Made by a program: the position numbers and the translations under genes | The notes under the pieces: model-generated | Told to the model about the DNA's origin: nothing | Databases searched by the model: none | The model's input: the letters and a program-made list of their open reading frames with translations, nothing else | NCBI RefSeq assembly: GCF_041956535.1 | Contig: NW_027192192.1 | Coordinates: 400,543-464,023, forward strand | Source of the DNA: Calcarisporiella thermophila CBS 279.70 | Taxonomy: Eukaryota; Fungi; Calcarisporiellomycota | Direction of reading: 5' to 3' | Length of the DNA: 63,481 bases | In this document: piece after piece, positions 13,710 through 25,045 of the stretch | How positions within the stretch are numbered: the first letter of the stretch is position 1 | Layout of the letters: each line of letters starts with the position of its first letter

Positions 13710-16700
13710 ATGGAAGACACTTCCAACGCAGCGCAGCAGCGCTCCAATGCCATTGCAATGTTACGTCGCGCCAAGTCGCTTCGAGAACTGCGAAACGCAC
13801 CTACTCCTTCCTCAAATCGTGCTCGGCGAGGTACAGATGCAGCAAACCGTGGCCCTGAAATGAATATTCAGGTCGATGAGGAGCGAATTTTTGAAGATGC
13901 AGGACGACAGGCGGCTTATGAGGCGCTTCTTAGGAGGTCTCCATCAGCAGCAGCACACCCTGTAGCTAGGGTAGTGGACCAAAAAGATATCCAAATTGGG
14001 AGCATAGGATCAAGGAGATCACCAATAATTGAGGTGGCTACTGGAGAAAATCTCCCTGTGTCAACGCGGGAAAGCAATTCCGGAGAGGATTCTAACACAA
14101 ACGATTGTGCCAAATCTGAGAATAGCCCTTCGGAAATCCATGTTGAGGCAACCGAGAAAGACTTCATTACTGCTAGCCCATCAGAGCAGAATGAATGTCT
14201 TGAAACGAGTAAGCTGGTCGTATCGGAGACGGTGGCCGAAACAACTTGCGCAAGTGTCGATGACCCTAAACTCGAGAGCAACTCTACCTCAACATTCGAT
14301 GAAAAACCCGCACATGATGAATTAGCACAAGCTCCTTTAAAGCTAGGTGGCATGCCCCTTTCACATATATCCGCTGACGATCTTGAACCGAGAAATCCTT
14401 CAGAAGAGGAAGAGAAGCCGTATAGCACTGAGATTGCAATTACCATTCCTGTTTATGAAGATCAGACAGAAGCTGTGGAAGAGGAACTGGAGCAAAAGGA
14501 GCCGAATGCTGCTCCGAATTTGCCTTTCCAATCAACCTCCACTCAAGATTTAGAGGGGATGATAGAATCCTCTAAGGATGATAAAGTAGAGAATACGACA
14601 GACGAGGAGGGTCAAGAAGAGGGAATGCAAGTTGTGATTGAATACCAACCTGACACAGAAGAGAAGGAAATCGACCCCGGACAACATCATGTGCCATTCG
14701 ATCAACCAAGCTCAACCGCACTTGATGAAGATTTATTGCACATAATGGCTGCTCCTCCTAAGCGCCCCATCTCACTGCTACGCCGGTTTCGGAGCCTTAA
14801 GGAACGCCGTTTGGCTGCTGAGGAACATGAAAATACCGAAGCAGAACATGAAAATGGTGCCCGGAGTGAAATGCCATCGCAGTATTCACATGAGAACTTC
14901 TCAGAGGAAAACTCCACGAAAGAATCTCAGCCGATATCGCTACACATGATATCTGAAGAAGGTCCTTTATACTGCAGAAGACGTGTCCTAGAGGAGCCGA
15001 AAAAACATATTCGTTGCGAGATGGGTGTGGATAACAGTGGTCTTCCATCGCCCGTATATTCACCGCTGCATAATTCTCAGCCTCCACCACCACCTGTTCC
15101 CCCGCGGTCTGCCCGCGCACCAAAGAGACGAGTATCCCCGTCCGACAGTCTTTCATACCAAGAGGATAATTTTGAAGCAGTTGATGCATGGCATGTTGAA
15201 AATCATTCAGGGTTAGATGACGATGAGAATGCCTCTGCTTCCAGCTCATCTCCAAGGCAGATGCATCCCAATGCAATGTTTAGAATGACGCCTAAACGTG
15301 CGGAAGTGTTGGCCAACTGGACGACTGAATCTAATGGAGAAAAGTCCGAGCCGATACCGAATGATAACATTCATACTGCCGCTTTGGAGATTAATTCTTC
15401 TCAAGAGGATACCCAATCACAACATGCAGACACGTCGCCATCGAGGCTGTCGCCCATTTATATGCAGCAACCCTCACAGCAGTCTCACCCACAACTACAG
15501 AATATGGAGTCGGTCCGTCGCTCTAACAGTAGCACGCACTCGATACCCCACTCGCCACTGGTCCCCCTTCCACGCTCTCCTTCTGAAGGTCGACCATCAT
15601 ATAATGAATACGAGGAAGATGTTATTAGTAATAATGCAACCCCTGCACCTACATCAAACCCCAACTTTAATTCCGGTACACTTGCCACTCGCCGTGGCCA
15701 ACATGTACCACTGCTACGCAGATCCCGTTCGTTTTCGAATTTTGAGCGAGGAAATGTATACCTTTCGAACGGACAAAGAAATAGAGAACATGCGAAAGAG
15801 GGGTATGGCCAGGCAAACAAGACCATACCTTACGAATTAATTCAGCCCTCTCTGCCTCCCCGATATGACACCTTTTTCGACACTGGTCTCCGTTCCGAAC
15901 GAAAACCTCCTTTGTTAGAAACACCCATGCCCATACCCGTTCCCCCTCCCGTACCACCACGCCGCCGACCTACCCTCCGAGAACCATACAGTCGACGATG
16001 CCTTCACCGGGGCGCGGTGCGTCAAGTAATAAGCTCTTCGCATGTGAAAGATCGCTATCTATTTTTGTTCAATGATGCTCTGCTGATTGCAAAACCTCTA
16101 ACGCATGAACCCATTGTGGACGCACGCGGCGCTCAAATCGGGGAGTCAGAGCCTCTGTTCCAAGTCCGGAATGTCATCGCACTATATAACATGGAGATTG
16201 TAGCGCAGACAGATGCAGGTGAACTTAAGGAAAGCTCTATGGACATTTCTGACCCCGAGCGGCAATCAGTCATATCGATGGCTTTGCGGCAATTTAGCAT
16301 CAATCCAGATGAAGGAGTGAAGTCTTTGCTAAGATCTGAAATTTCCCCACCGGAAGCTTCCCGTCTTGCGAAGTTTCTCTTCTTCACTGCCGATATACAC
16401 CGTCCACAGCTTGGTCAGTATCTGTCACGGCATCGGGATCTTTTAATGCACTACCTCGACTGCTTCCGATGGAGTGACGTTCCGCTTGAAGACGCCTGGC
16501 GCGCATTACTCTTGACTGTGCAATTACCCGTGGGAGATGATGCGGCCATGTGGAGAATAATGGAGGCCTTCGCAGCACGGTGGATAAAATCAAATGCTGC
16601 GGGGCATGGAAGACATCTTGACGTGGAGATGGTATGCCGCGTGGCACATGCTGCAACCTGGTTGAATGCAAAGTTACATGCGGGATACCACCCGGATGTG

Positions 16701-18143
16701 TTAGAGATTGCGACCCCTGGTGATGGTGCCGAGAACCGAGAGTCAAAGGGATACAGAGTCAGCATATATGGCGGAGAAGAGTCCGGAGACGAGTACGGGG
16801 ATGGAGACGACTGGACCTTTGAAAGATTTTTGGACCGCTTCCGGCAATGGGAGGATCCACGGTGTACAGTTCCTAGCGACCTTTTGGCACGGGTCTTTTG
16901 TGCTGTTCGGGATTCTCCATTAATCAATTTGTGGGAAGACGATGGCGGGGATAATATTGAAGAGGATGCGCAGAGTGTATCGGGAAATGCGCAGGTGAAC
17001 GTAAGGAACCCGTTGGAACAGGTGCGGGTGCTGGGCGAAATCCCCTCACGGTTGATTGTACGTGAAACTACCGAGCTCATTACCCTCCAGATTCCGCGAC
17101 CTGATCCGCACTTCCAGCTCGAGCTTCACTGTCCGGGACTGAACTGTGAGCCCTCAATTCTGGATTTTGCACGCAGCAGCACTGCAAGCTTCCGCGTCAC
17201 CGGGCGCGCCACCGGCAAACACACGCTTCTATTAGTCAAGTTGGGAGCACACGCCCACCGCTACTCAATGGCGGCGCTTGGACGAGCACGAACGATCACT
17301 GTAGAAAGGGCGTTCATGCGCCACACTTTCCAAGTGGCATTCCTGGACGAGTATCGCGGCGAGTGGCACCGATATTTATTTAGCGTTGGGTCGGCGGAGA
17401 TTCGCGAGCAGTGGCTAAAACATTTCTCGGATGCGCTTCGTGAAGCGAAATCGCCCACCAATAGCACACACTCGCTAACTGCACAGGCGCTTTCTGTTCG
17501 GGCTCTACGGGAGTCGTTCATTGCTGTAAATGGGCAACATGTAGCGGAAGGGGAGCTTACCGGGGCGGTGGGTGCATCTGCGGGATACGAGCATTCAAAT
17601 GGGGGCAATTCCGCAATTGGATTGGGGGTGAGAGGCATCGGTGCGAGGAAAGTGAACGCCCCACCACCTTCGACGGCCGCCCAGAATCAAAGCTACACCC
17701 ATGCGCAGGAATTGGGTTTGATGGATGGAGGGTGGACACACCGGCTGGTTGAGGGAGCACCCATGCTTCGACGTGCTGCAAGTGCATCCACAGCCATTCG
17801 CTCAACCCACAAACTCGCAACTGGCAATGCCGGAAACGTCTCTCCCCAAATGCCAATACAATCCATGAAGCGCCACTCTCCTCTCCGCCAACAGGGAGGG
17901 AGTCCATTTATGCGCTCCCTTATGCGGGCGGGTTCCACATCCTCAGTGACACACTCCAATAGGAGCAACTACTCTTCGCCACGACCTAGTGCGGAGAATC
18001 CCCAATCTTTTACGAGGCTAAGTGGTGATGATAAATTGGCTGGTCATGCCAAGAGCGGTCGAGATATATTACGAATTGCAACCCAAACTATGGGGGGTTT
18101 ATTTAGGACGATGTCAAAGAGCAAGAAAAAGGAGAAGCAATAA
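13710..18143 (+). CDS. 1477-aa intronless protein: long acidic/disordered N-terminus, split PH domain, degenerate Sec7 domain
   Basis: PH-like DRYLFLFNDALLIAKP and YLFSVGSAEIREQWLKHF flank Sec7-like LGQYLS...PLEDAWRALLLTVQLP...IMEAFAARW...LNAKLH. Confidence 0.8.
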   Translation: MEDTSNAAQQRSNAIAMLRRAKSLRELRNAPTPSSNRARRGTDAANRGPEMNIQVDEERIFEDAGRQAAYEALLRRSPSAAAHPVARVVDQKDIQIGSIGSRRSPIIEVATGENLPVSTRESNSGEDSNTNDCAKSENSPSEIHVEATEKDFITASPSEQNECLETSKLVVSETVAETTCASVDDPKLESNSTSTFDEKPAHDELAQAPLKLGGMPLSHISADDLEPRNPSEEEEKPYSTEIAITIPVYEDQTEAVEEELEQKEPNAAPNLPFQSTSTQDLEGMIESSKDDKVENTTDEEGQEEGMQVVIEYQPDTEEKEIDPGQHHVPFDQPSSTALDEDLLHIMAAPPKRPISLLRRFRSLKERRLAAEEHENTEAEHENGARSEMPSQYSHENFSEENSTKESQPISLHMISEEGPLYCRRRVLEEPKKHIRCEMGVDNSGLPSPVYSPLHNSQPPPPPVPPRSARAPKRRVSPSDSLSYQEDNFEAVDAWHVENHSGLDDDENASASSSSPRQMHPNAMFRMTPKRAEVLANWTTESNGEKSEPIPNDNIHTAALEINSSQEDTQSQHADTSPSRLSPIYMQQPSQQSHPQLQNMESVRRSNSSTHSIPHSPLVPLPRSPSEGRPSYNEYEEDVISNNATPAPTSNPNFNSGTLATRRGQHVPLLRRSRSFSNFERGNVYLSNGQRNREHAKEGYGQANKTIPYELIQPSLPPRYDTFFDTGLRSERKPPLLETPMPIPVPPPVPPRRRPTLREPYSRRCLHRGAVRQVISSSHVKDRYLFLFNDALLIAKPLTHEPIVDARGAQIGESEPLFQVRNVIALYNMEIVAQTDAGELKESSMDISDPERQSVISMALRQFSINPDEGVKSLLRSEISPPEASRLAKFLFFTADIHRPQLGQYLSRHRDLLMHYLDCFRWSDVPLEDAWRALLLTVQLPVGDDAAMWRIMEAFAARWIKSNAAGHGRHLDVEMVCRVAHAATWLNAKLHAGYHPDVLEIATPGDGAENRESKGYRVSIYGGEESGDEYGDGDDWTFERFLDRFRQWEDPRCTVPSDLLARVFCAVRDSPLINLWEDDGGDNIEEDAQSVSGNAQVNVRNPLEQVRVLGEIPSRLIVRETTELITLQIPRPDPHFQLELHCPGLNCEPSILDFARSSTASFRVTGRATGKHTLLLVKLGAHAHRYSMAALGRARTITVERAFMRHTFQVAFLDEYRGEWHRYLFSVGSAEIREQWLKHFSDALREAKSPTNSTHSLTAQALSVRALRESFIAVNGQHVAEGELTGAVGASAGYEHSNGGNSAIGLGVRGIGARKVNAPPPSTAAQNQSYTHAQELGLMDGGWTHRLVEGAPMLRRAASASTAIRSTHKLATGNAGNVSPQMPIQSMKRHSPLRQQGGSPFMRSLMRAGSTSSVTHSNRSNYSSPRPSAENPQSFTRLSGDDKLAGHAKSGRDILRIATQTMGGLFRTMSKSKKKEKQ

Positions 18144-18817
18144 TCACATTGGAGGGAGGAGCAGACATAAAGAGAAAAGCACTTTGTGGCTTTTCTGTTT
18201 ATGTAATAAAAGAAAAAAAAACATATAATCCATCACGATATATATATATTATTTCATTTGCTATTTTACTTTTTTATTGCTTTTTATATACGAACTTATA
18301 TTTTATTAGATTTAAAAAAATGAATGGAACTCTTTTTTTTTTCACTCTCTAATATCTTTTTTTCTTTCGTTCTCTTCTTATTTTAATTCTCTTTCAAAAG
18401 ATGATTTTATTATCCAAACATGTTGCTTTTTGCCTTTAAATGGGGTTTGATTCTGGACATCTGTTGTAATTTTCGAAGAATAGTTTTCTCTAAACACTGT
18501 CAAAATAAAACGAATTCTTGTGAGGATAATCCGACTTGCGGTTTCGAGGGGTAGGCTCCAAGAGATCCAACCACCTTTGTTTGATGCCGAAACCGAATCT
18601 TCTATTCTTTTTTCAAGAATTCGCCCTCATTATCGCAGGTGGGAATTGAGAGGAGAATGAACTCCAACCCAACGGAGTCGAAAGTTCTAATTAAATATTT
18701 CTTCGCAGTATTAACGGGCTATATTAATGAATAAGAAGAAGAAATGGATCTCGAGTCATATTTTTGAAACTAGGCTCAAATTAACCTTTCCGGCAATTGG
18801 GCAGGCTTTTACATTTT

Positions 18818-19550
18818 TTAATTTCGTTTTAATAAAATACTCCAGCGTTGAATAAGATTAGGATCCGCGAACAAATCATTCACACGTCGTAAGTGCTAAG
18901 GACAAAATATTTGGTGACCAAGAGAATGCATTGAATGAGAGGGAGGAGTTTGTGGTTCACTGCCGACGAACATGGTAATATACTCTACTATTCTTGCCAT
19001 GACAGAGTAAAGTTGTGACTGGATGATTCACTGAAATCTTATTAATGGTACTCAACAACATTGGATAGAGTCGCGACTAGAGCACATATGTACTAATAAT
19101 TTTTGCGTACAGAATTATCATTCGTACACAAGCTGGCTGAGAACATTTGAGCACCTTTGATTGTTTTAACAATGCTTCTTCCGAATCAGAGACCTTTAAA
19201 GTTTTTTGTACTCGCTGCTTATTTTGCCGTTGTGTGACTATTACTTGCCCGTCTGACATTGAGCCAAGTAAAGAATGTTTATCTTATAAAAGGTCACCTC
19301 TTTGATACCCAGAGTCGTGTAGTTGGCTAAAGAAATACTATTGTTGTTTTCCCTTCTTAGTTAGCTATCCACCTTGGATGCCCTTCTAGTGCTCAGCCCC
19401 TCATTCTGTTTAGCAATCCGTTGGTTACCATAGCAAATCGTGGCTATAAACTGCCTTCCTTTTTTCAAAGCTACTGGGGGCTGTTATACAATTCAGGTAT
19501 TCAATTCTATGGATAGCACGAAAAAGATGAGTAAGAAGCCATGGTTGCAT
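18818..19550 (-). CDS. Putative small multi-exon orphan gene starting MQPWLL; model uncertain
   Basis: Several short open segments joined in frame by GT-AG introns, one with a GCTAAC branch point; no family recognised with confidence. Confidence 0.3.
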
Positions 19551-20036
19551 TGCCCCAGGCTCCAATATATCAAATAACAATCAAATACTTGTACGCTGAT
19601 GAAAATATGTAAAATTTAGGGCATTTAGCGCAAGAAATAGAGGCTGCTATTTTTCATAGGAAGCGAGCGTCTGGTCCGACACGATAGTAGTTCCAGGAGG
19701 GGGGATGGGATTCAATACCAAGCCCTAGAGGGGATCTTTAAAATTGAACACTGAATATCGATCGTATAGAAGAATTTCAACCGCTATTTCCTCAATTCTC
19801 CAAAATTGGTTAACAGAAAGAGAGTGGCGATGTATTTAGAAATTGTGTGTGGCTTTGATGATTGGAAAAAGTCTTATCACTTCTGGTACAGCTGGTCCTC
19901 TTTTGAAATTCCCAATGTTGTTCGCACCATAAACTCCCATCCAAAAACATGTCAACTACCCTCCCATTGATATCATTATTATTTCGCCGCTTTATTCCCT
20001 GCTACTAGATTTTAACTTATCACTTCTTTCTATATA

Positions 20037-22312
20037 ATGGATTCATCGACCTCGCCAAACTGGTTTACTGACTCATCACAACTTCCAGAGACGAAAACTT
20101 TCATCGGCGTGATCGTGGCTGTTGCAGGCAACATTCTGATCTCCATCGCACTCAATGTACAAAAATATGCCCATAACAAACTGCTGGAGAATAAACATGC
20201 ATTGCGGCGACTGTCACATTCGCAGCCAAGAGAGGTGGGTAGCGGCGAAGCCTCCCCCCAATCGCCAAGTAGCTTTGAATACTTTTCAACGGATGAGGAA
20301 GAGGTTGATGCTGGAGGCTATCAATCATTTCCCAATGAGTCGCGGCCATTGTTACACCATCGGGCATCGCAGCATTCTCTAAGTTATGGCATGGAGAAAC
20401 GCGAGACAAATTATTTGAAATCAAAACTTTGGTGGCTCGGATTGCTTCTCATGTCTTTAGGAGAAATTGGGAACTTCCTTGCTTATGGCTTTTCACCCGC
20501 TTCAGTTGTTGCACCACTGGGTATTGTTACGATGATATCCAATGTATTATTGGCGCCTTTGATGTTGAAGGAACGGTAAAGCCCCTTGATGCTCAATGAA
20601 GTCTGATTGATGGTGCATTGAAGCTGATCCATTTTGCCTTCCCTAATGATAGATATAGAATTCGTGACATGATAGGAATCCTAATTGCTATCTGCGGGGC
20701 TGTAGTGGTTGTGACAAGCGCACGCTCTGAAGAAACTCATGTATATTTTCGATCTACAGCTCCTTTTAACCTTCAAATTATAATGCTCAAATATTTTTTT
20801 TTCCCGCTTAGTTATCGCCTGAATTGATAGCTGAAGCATTGCTGCAGACACGCTTCCTCTTATACGTATTGATTACCACACTTTCTTCGATATTTCTAGC
20901 CTATCTCTCCAACACTATTGGGCACAAACTGATTCTCGTTGACTTGAGCTTGGTGGCATTATTCGGTGCGTTTACTGTGTTAGCAACTAAAGGTAAATTT
21001 GAATGGGGAGACCTTCATATTGCGGCGCCGTACTAAATCAGACACCTGCTTTCAATATTTCCAGGGCTTTCATCATTGCTTAGCCTAAGATTCGTTAAGA
21101 TGTTTACATACCCCATCACCTATCTCTTGATATTTGTCTTAATAGTTACCGCCATTTTCCAAATCAAATATCTTAACAAGTCTTTGCAGCGGTTCGAAGC
21201 GACGGTATGCTACTCTAATAGGTTCTGCTATTGCGTGATGGCTACTAGAGCATTTAGCTTTAATTGCATTATAGCAAGTGATTCCGACACAATTCGTTAC
21301 TTTTACTCTCTCCGCCATCATAGGCTCTGCGGTTCTCTATGGCGACTTTGATGACATAGATGCTCGGGGACGGTTTGTCTTCGTGTGTGGCTGCGCCATG
21401 ACCTTTGTTGGCGTCTACCTGATCACCTCTAACCGGGAAAAGAGGGTTGAAAGGCGCTTTTCACTGTCGGGTGAGGATGCGGGGGCCGCTAATGTGGTTG
21501 CCAACGGATTGAAGGTGGCCATTGGAGGAAACACAGTGCTGGCGGACGGACTGGCCCTTCCCGGAACGCCAAGTTTGGGCCCGCAGCTACCACGTTCTAT
21601 TCCTTCGCGTCTGCCTCCTTTTTACCGGGCGGCAAAGCTTCCTCGCCCCAACACAACCTATGCCCTTCCACAAGAACATTCTGTCGTCATCAATGATGAG
21701 GAGGATGACGATGGTGCGCATAGAGGGCCTTCGTCGACCATGGAAGTGATCAACGCGCTCCTTGATAGCCCCATCTCCACCGCCTCCATACTTGCTCTGG
21801 AATCGATAGGCGCGCGCCACACGACTGCGCTTGGGTTTGGTCAGGTGTGGGAAAACTATCTAGTGCAACGAGAAGCGCATTCTGGACGAACTACACCCTA
21901 CTCGTTCGCGGGAGAATTGCCGAGCGGGGCCGAGTACTTTGACGGCACTCTCCAGCCGGCAGCGCGGCGAGGAGGGCAGTTGCCGGCGCCACCCCCTCAG
22001 ATGCCAGCACACGTTGGGGCGGATCATCACCTAGCCCCACACATGAGCAGGGATGACGACTACCTCGCCAGCTCCTACCAGAGCAGCTCCTTTTTTGATT
22101 TTCCGGGATCAGGCTTGTCGTTTCGGGGCACCTCGAGTTTAGCCGAGCCGTCAGAGGCCGCCCCTGCTGTGGGCAAGTGGAGCGAATCGTCGAGTTTTGT
22201 AAACACGGAGTTTTCGCCGTCGCATCCGATGGAGGAAGAACGGGTGGAGGGTGGCTCGGGACAGGAGGAGGACCCGCCTCAGCTTGCCAACACGGTCCAA
22301 GTGAAGGGCTAA
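20037..22312 (+). CDS. NIPA-family magnesium transporter (DUF803), multi-exon
   Basis: GNILISIALNVQKYAH, YLKSKLWWLGLLLMSLGEIGNFLAYGFSPASVVAPLG, QIKYLNKSLQRF, IPTQFVTFTLSAIIGSAVLY. Confidence 0.9.
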
Positions 22313-22675
22313 CATGATTCTTGTATATGAATTTTCATATTTCACCATTATTCTTATTGCCTCTATTTTAACCCTCTCGCTTGTTTGGATGTTGCTTCTC
22401 TTTTAATGGACTCTTTCTCTCCACTTCTGCTATTTGTTTCACTTTTTTTATCTTATTATATATATCCTCTTCCGCTTATTTTCAAGGAGCAAGGTAATAT
22501 ATGCGTGTATATTTCCTTGTTTTTTCTTCTTTTATTATGTTTTCTTTCTTTCTTTTTTCTTTTTTTTCCTTCTTTCTTATATTATTCTAATTAATATATT
22601 GTTCCTCGTTCACTCGCCCTTTTATACAAATGCCTATACAGCCTGGGTGTTTCATTTCAAGATCAGGGTGGGTTA

Positions 22676-23717
22676 TCAAGTCGCGGATTTTTCAGAGGTT
22701 GGGTCCGGCACTCTTTCCATGTCACCTTCAGTGTTCTCTGTGTTCATCGCTTTGATCCAGTCGATTTCTAATGAAAAGGGTCCCGGCTGGCCGATCAACG
22801 AAATGCCTATGGTTTTCACCCTCTCTCGGTACATCTCGATCTGCTGTTCTTGGACGATGCCCTGGTTGGTAAGGACGAAGTCTCGAAAGGGTATCTAGAA
22901 AAGTAAGAGAGCGTTAATTCTTGTGTAGGAAGATGACGACTACGAAATGAATACGAAAAAAAAAAGTCCAAGCAGAAGAAAAATGTCGAGCATGACGATT
23001 GCTAGCGGAGAGGACAACAAAAGCAAAATGTATATTCGAAGGGGAGACCATTACCATAACAGTTTCCCATTCTCCTGGCTTCTGCAAAAACAGCCGATGC
23101 TGGTACAAGTCTGTCTGTATCACACCATCGGTTTGTATGTTTACAAAATATTTACGCGTATCCCCGCGCACCTTCAATGCCAAATAGCGGAAAAGCGAAG
23201 TGTCCCAGCAAGGCGTGCCAAAGAGGGATGCCGGTTGCACCTGAAATGAATCGAGTTCGACACTCGGTTACTCTGGCTTATTGACCCAGAATAATTTCCA
23301 GTTACCTTGGATCGAATAGCTGCGTAGCCGCTCTGCTTGATGGCGAGGTTCGAAGGCAATTCGAGGGAGATGTTCCCGTGAAATTTCCCTTTTCCTTCCG
23401 GAGTGAGCTCCAAATTCGCCTCGGAGAATCCTAAACCACATAACCCAGATCAGATCACGGCCACTCATCCTTAGATTTCATGCACAGTGGCAAACCTCCA
23501 ATGTCTTTGTCGCTCCCAACTACCCACCGCTTCAGATCCTCCTTACAATTGATTTGCAGCATGGGCATCTCCCGCGACCAAGGGGTGACGTCCATTTTTA
23601 TAACTAAGTGCTCATATTAGAATACCCGCTTACGGATCATTGGGAAATAGGCGGTGTCTAACCTTTTGCGCTTTCATTTTTGAAAGCGTCTAGTGATCGC
23701 CGAAAAAACGACAGCAT
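22676..23717 (-). CDS. CIA30: Complex I intermediate-associated protein 30 (NDUFAF1/CIA30), multi-exon
   Basis: WVVGSDKDIGG, QSGYAAIRSK, YLALKVRGDTRKYFVNIQT, DLYQHRLF, GPFSLEIDWIKA. Confidence 0.88.
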
Positions 23718-24008
23718 TTTATTATGAGATCTGATTTCACGGAATCTCGAGGTTGCCCGGAGAAAAAAAATTTGCAAATCTGTAGCCATATCCCATTGAT
23801 ATCTCTCGGGGGGGATAAATGCTTACGAATTTCGAATGATCGCGTAATAGCCACGGAGGCAATTCACGCCCCCGTTAATACGGGGTAGAGCATATATTCC
23901 AATGAATAACACCATATACACTTGTAGAATGACAACATATGTATACAAAAATCTTCTCATGAGGTAGAATAAAGAGGTGTAAATAGTTCGGGAAGCGCTC
24001 GCCTACAT

Positions 24009-24378
24009 TCACTTGAATTTGTTCAGCTGCTTGGCGCAAGTCGTGACGACGCCATCGGACTCGATGTAGTCGACATGCTCGTGAGCATCGAGGGTCCCGA
24101 GGTGGTGGTCGGGCACGGTTGCAGAAAAGCCCTTGAGAACGGAATCGTAACGATGGCCGATCTCCCCACCTATTCAGCGAAAGGGCGGTTAAAATAGCAA
24201 ATCAAAGGAAGCGGCATGGATATGCACCTTTGTCTTTGATGTCGTTAGCGGCCTTTTCGATGACGTCCGCGGGAGTGTCCTGCTTAAACACGACGATGTA
24301 TTTTCCTTTATCTGGAGCCGGCTAGCAAGGTCAGCGCAGAGTGTACAAAAGAAGCGCAGGGAAAAACTTACCGGCCAT
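24009..24378 (-). CDS. Small subtilisin inhibitor of family I9 (Pbi2/POIA-like), 3 exons; not resolved in the ORF track
   Basis: Spliced product MAGKYIVVFKQDTPADVIEKAANDIKDKGGEIGHRYDSVLKGFSATVP...VDYIESDGVVTT. Confidence 0.85.
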
Positions 24379-25045
24379 GGCGTTGGAGGAGAATCGGCAA
24401 AATCTAGGGAGAATCTTGGGGGGAACAAGAGAGGAGAAGCTGGAGAGAGCTGAGGCCCAGGAGGAAGCGTAGGAGATATCCGGACGGCCATCCACAAGCC
24501 TGCTGACCGTTAGGGGAGATTTTCCAAGCCAAATCTGGGAATTCCGTTACGTCGCCTGCAAATTGAAAATCGTGTAGTCGGATTGGTGAGACAGGTTAGG
24601 TTATCGCAATAAGCGGGGTTCGAAAGAAGCGTCAAATTGTCTAATTGTGCAGCGCTTTCAGCTCGAGTTTCAGCCCGTTTATTTTTAGCCCATAACCCAC
24701 ACAGACTTTGATGGTTTCCCCGTTGCTTTTTTTATTTTTTTTTTCCTGCTCTCTCCTCACTTCCCGTGCGGACACCGCATTTCCCGCCAGCGCTCTAGCA
24801 TTGATTGCCAATCTTCACAGCACCGACTGTTCCACGCCATCCGCCCAGCGTAATCATCCCCATTGACTAATCCCGCGGCCCCTGCATTTGATCATGTTAT
24901 ATTAAACTTTACAAATCCAATCCCCTTCTCTCGTCTCCCCCTGCCAGCGCTATCGCTTCTCTATTGCTCTTACTCTCATTTTCTCCTCCCCCCCATCTCC
25001 CCTTCCGTATCTAACTAACATCGCTCAGTCGTCTCCCCTGTCGCA

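Noticed and set aside
13916-17968. Many antisense or alternate-frame ORFs inside the Sec7 gene, and similar ones in VWA8, the phosphatase, the oxidase and HEM13
   Set aside because: Shadow ORFs of long coding exons with no recognisable motifs
22385-22898. Phe/Leu-rich ORFs that look like membrane proteins (also 18149, 30817, 41071, 43801)
   Set aside because: They are translations of T-rich 3' UTR or terminator sequence
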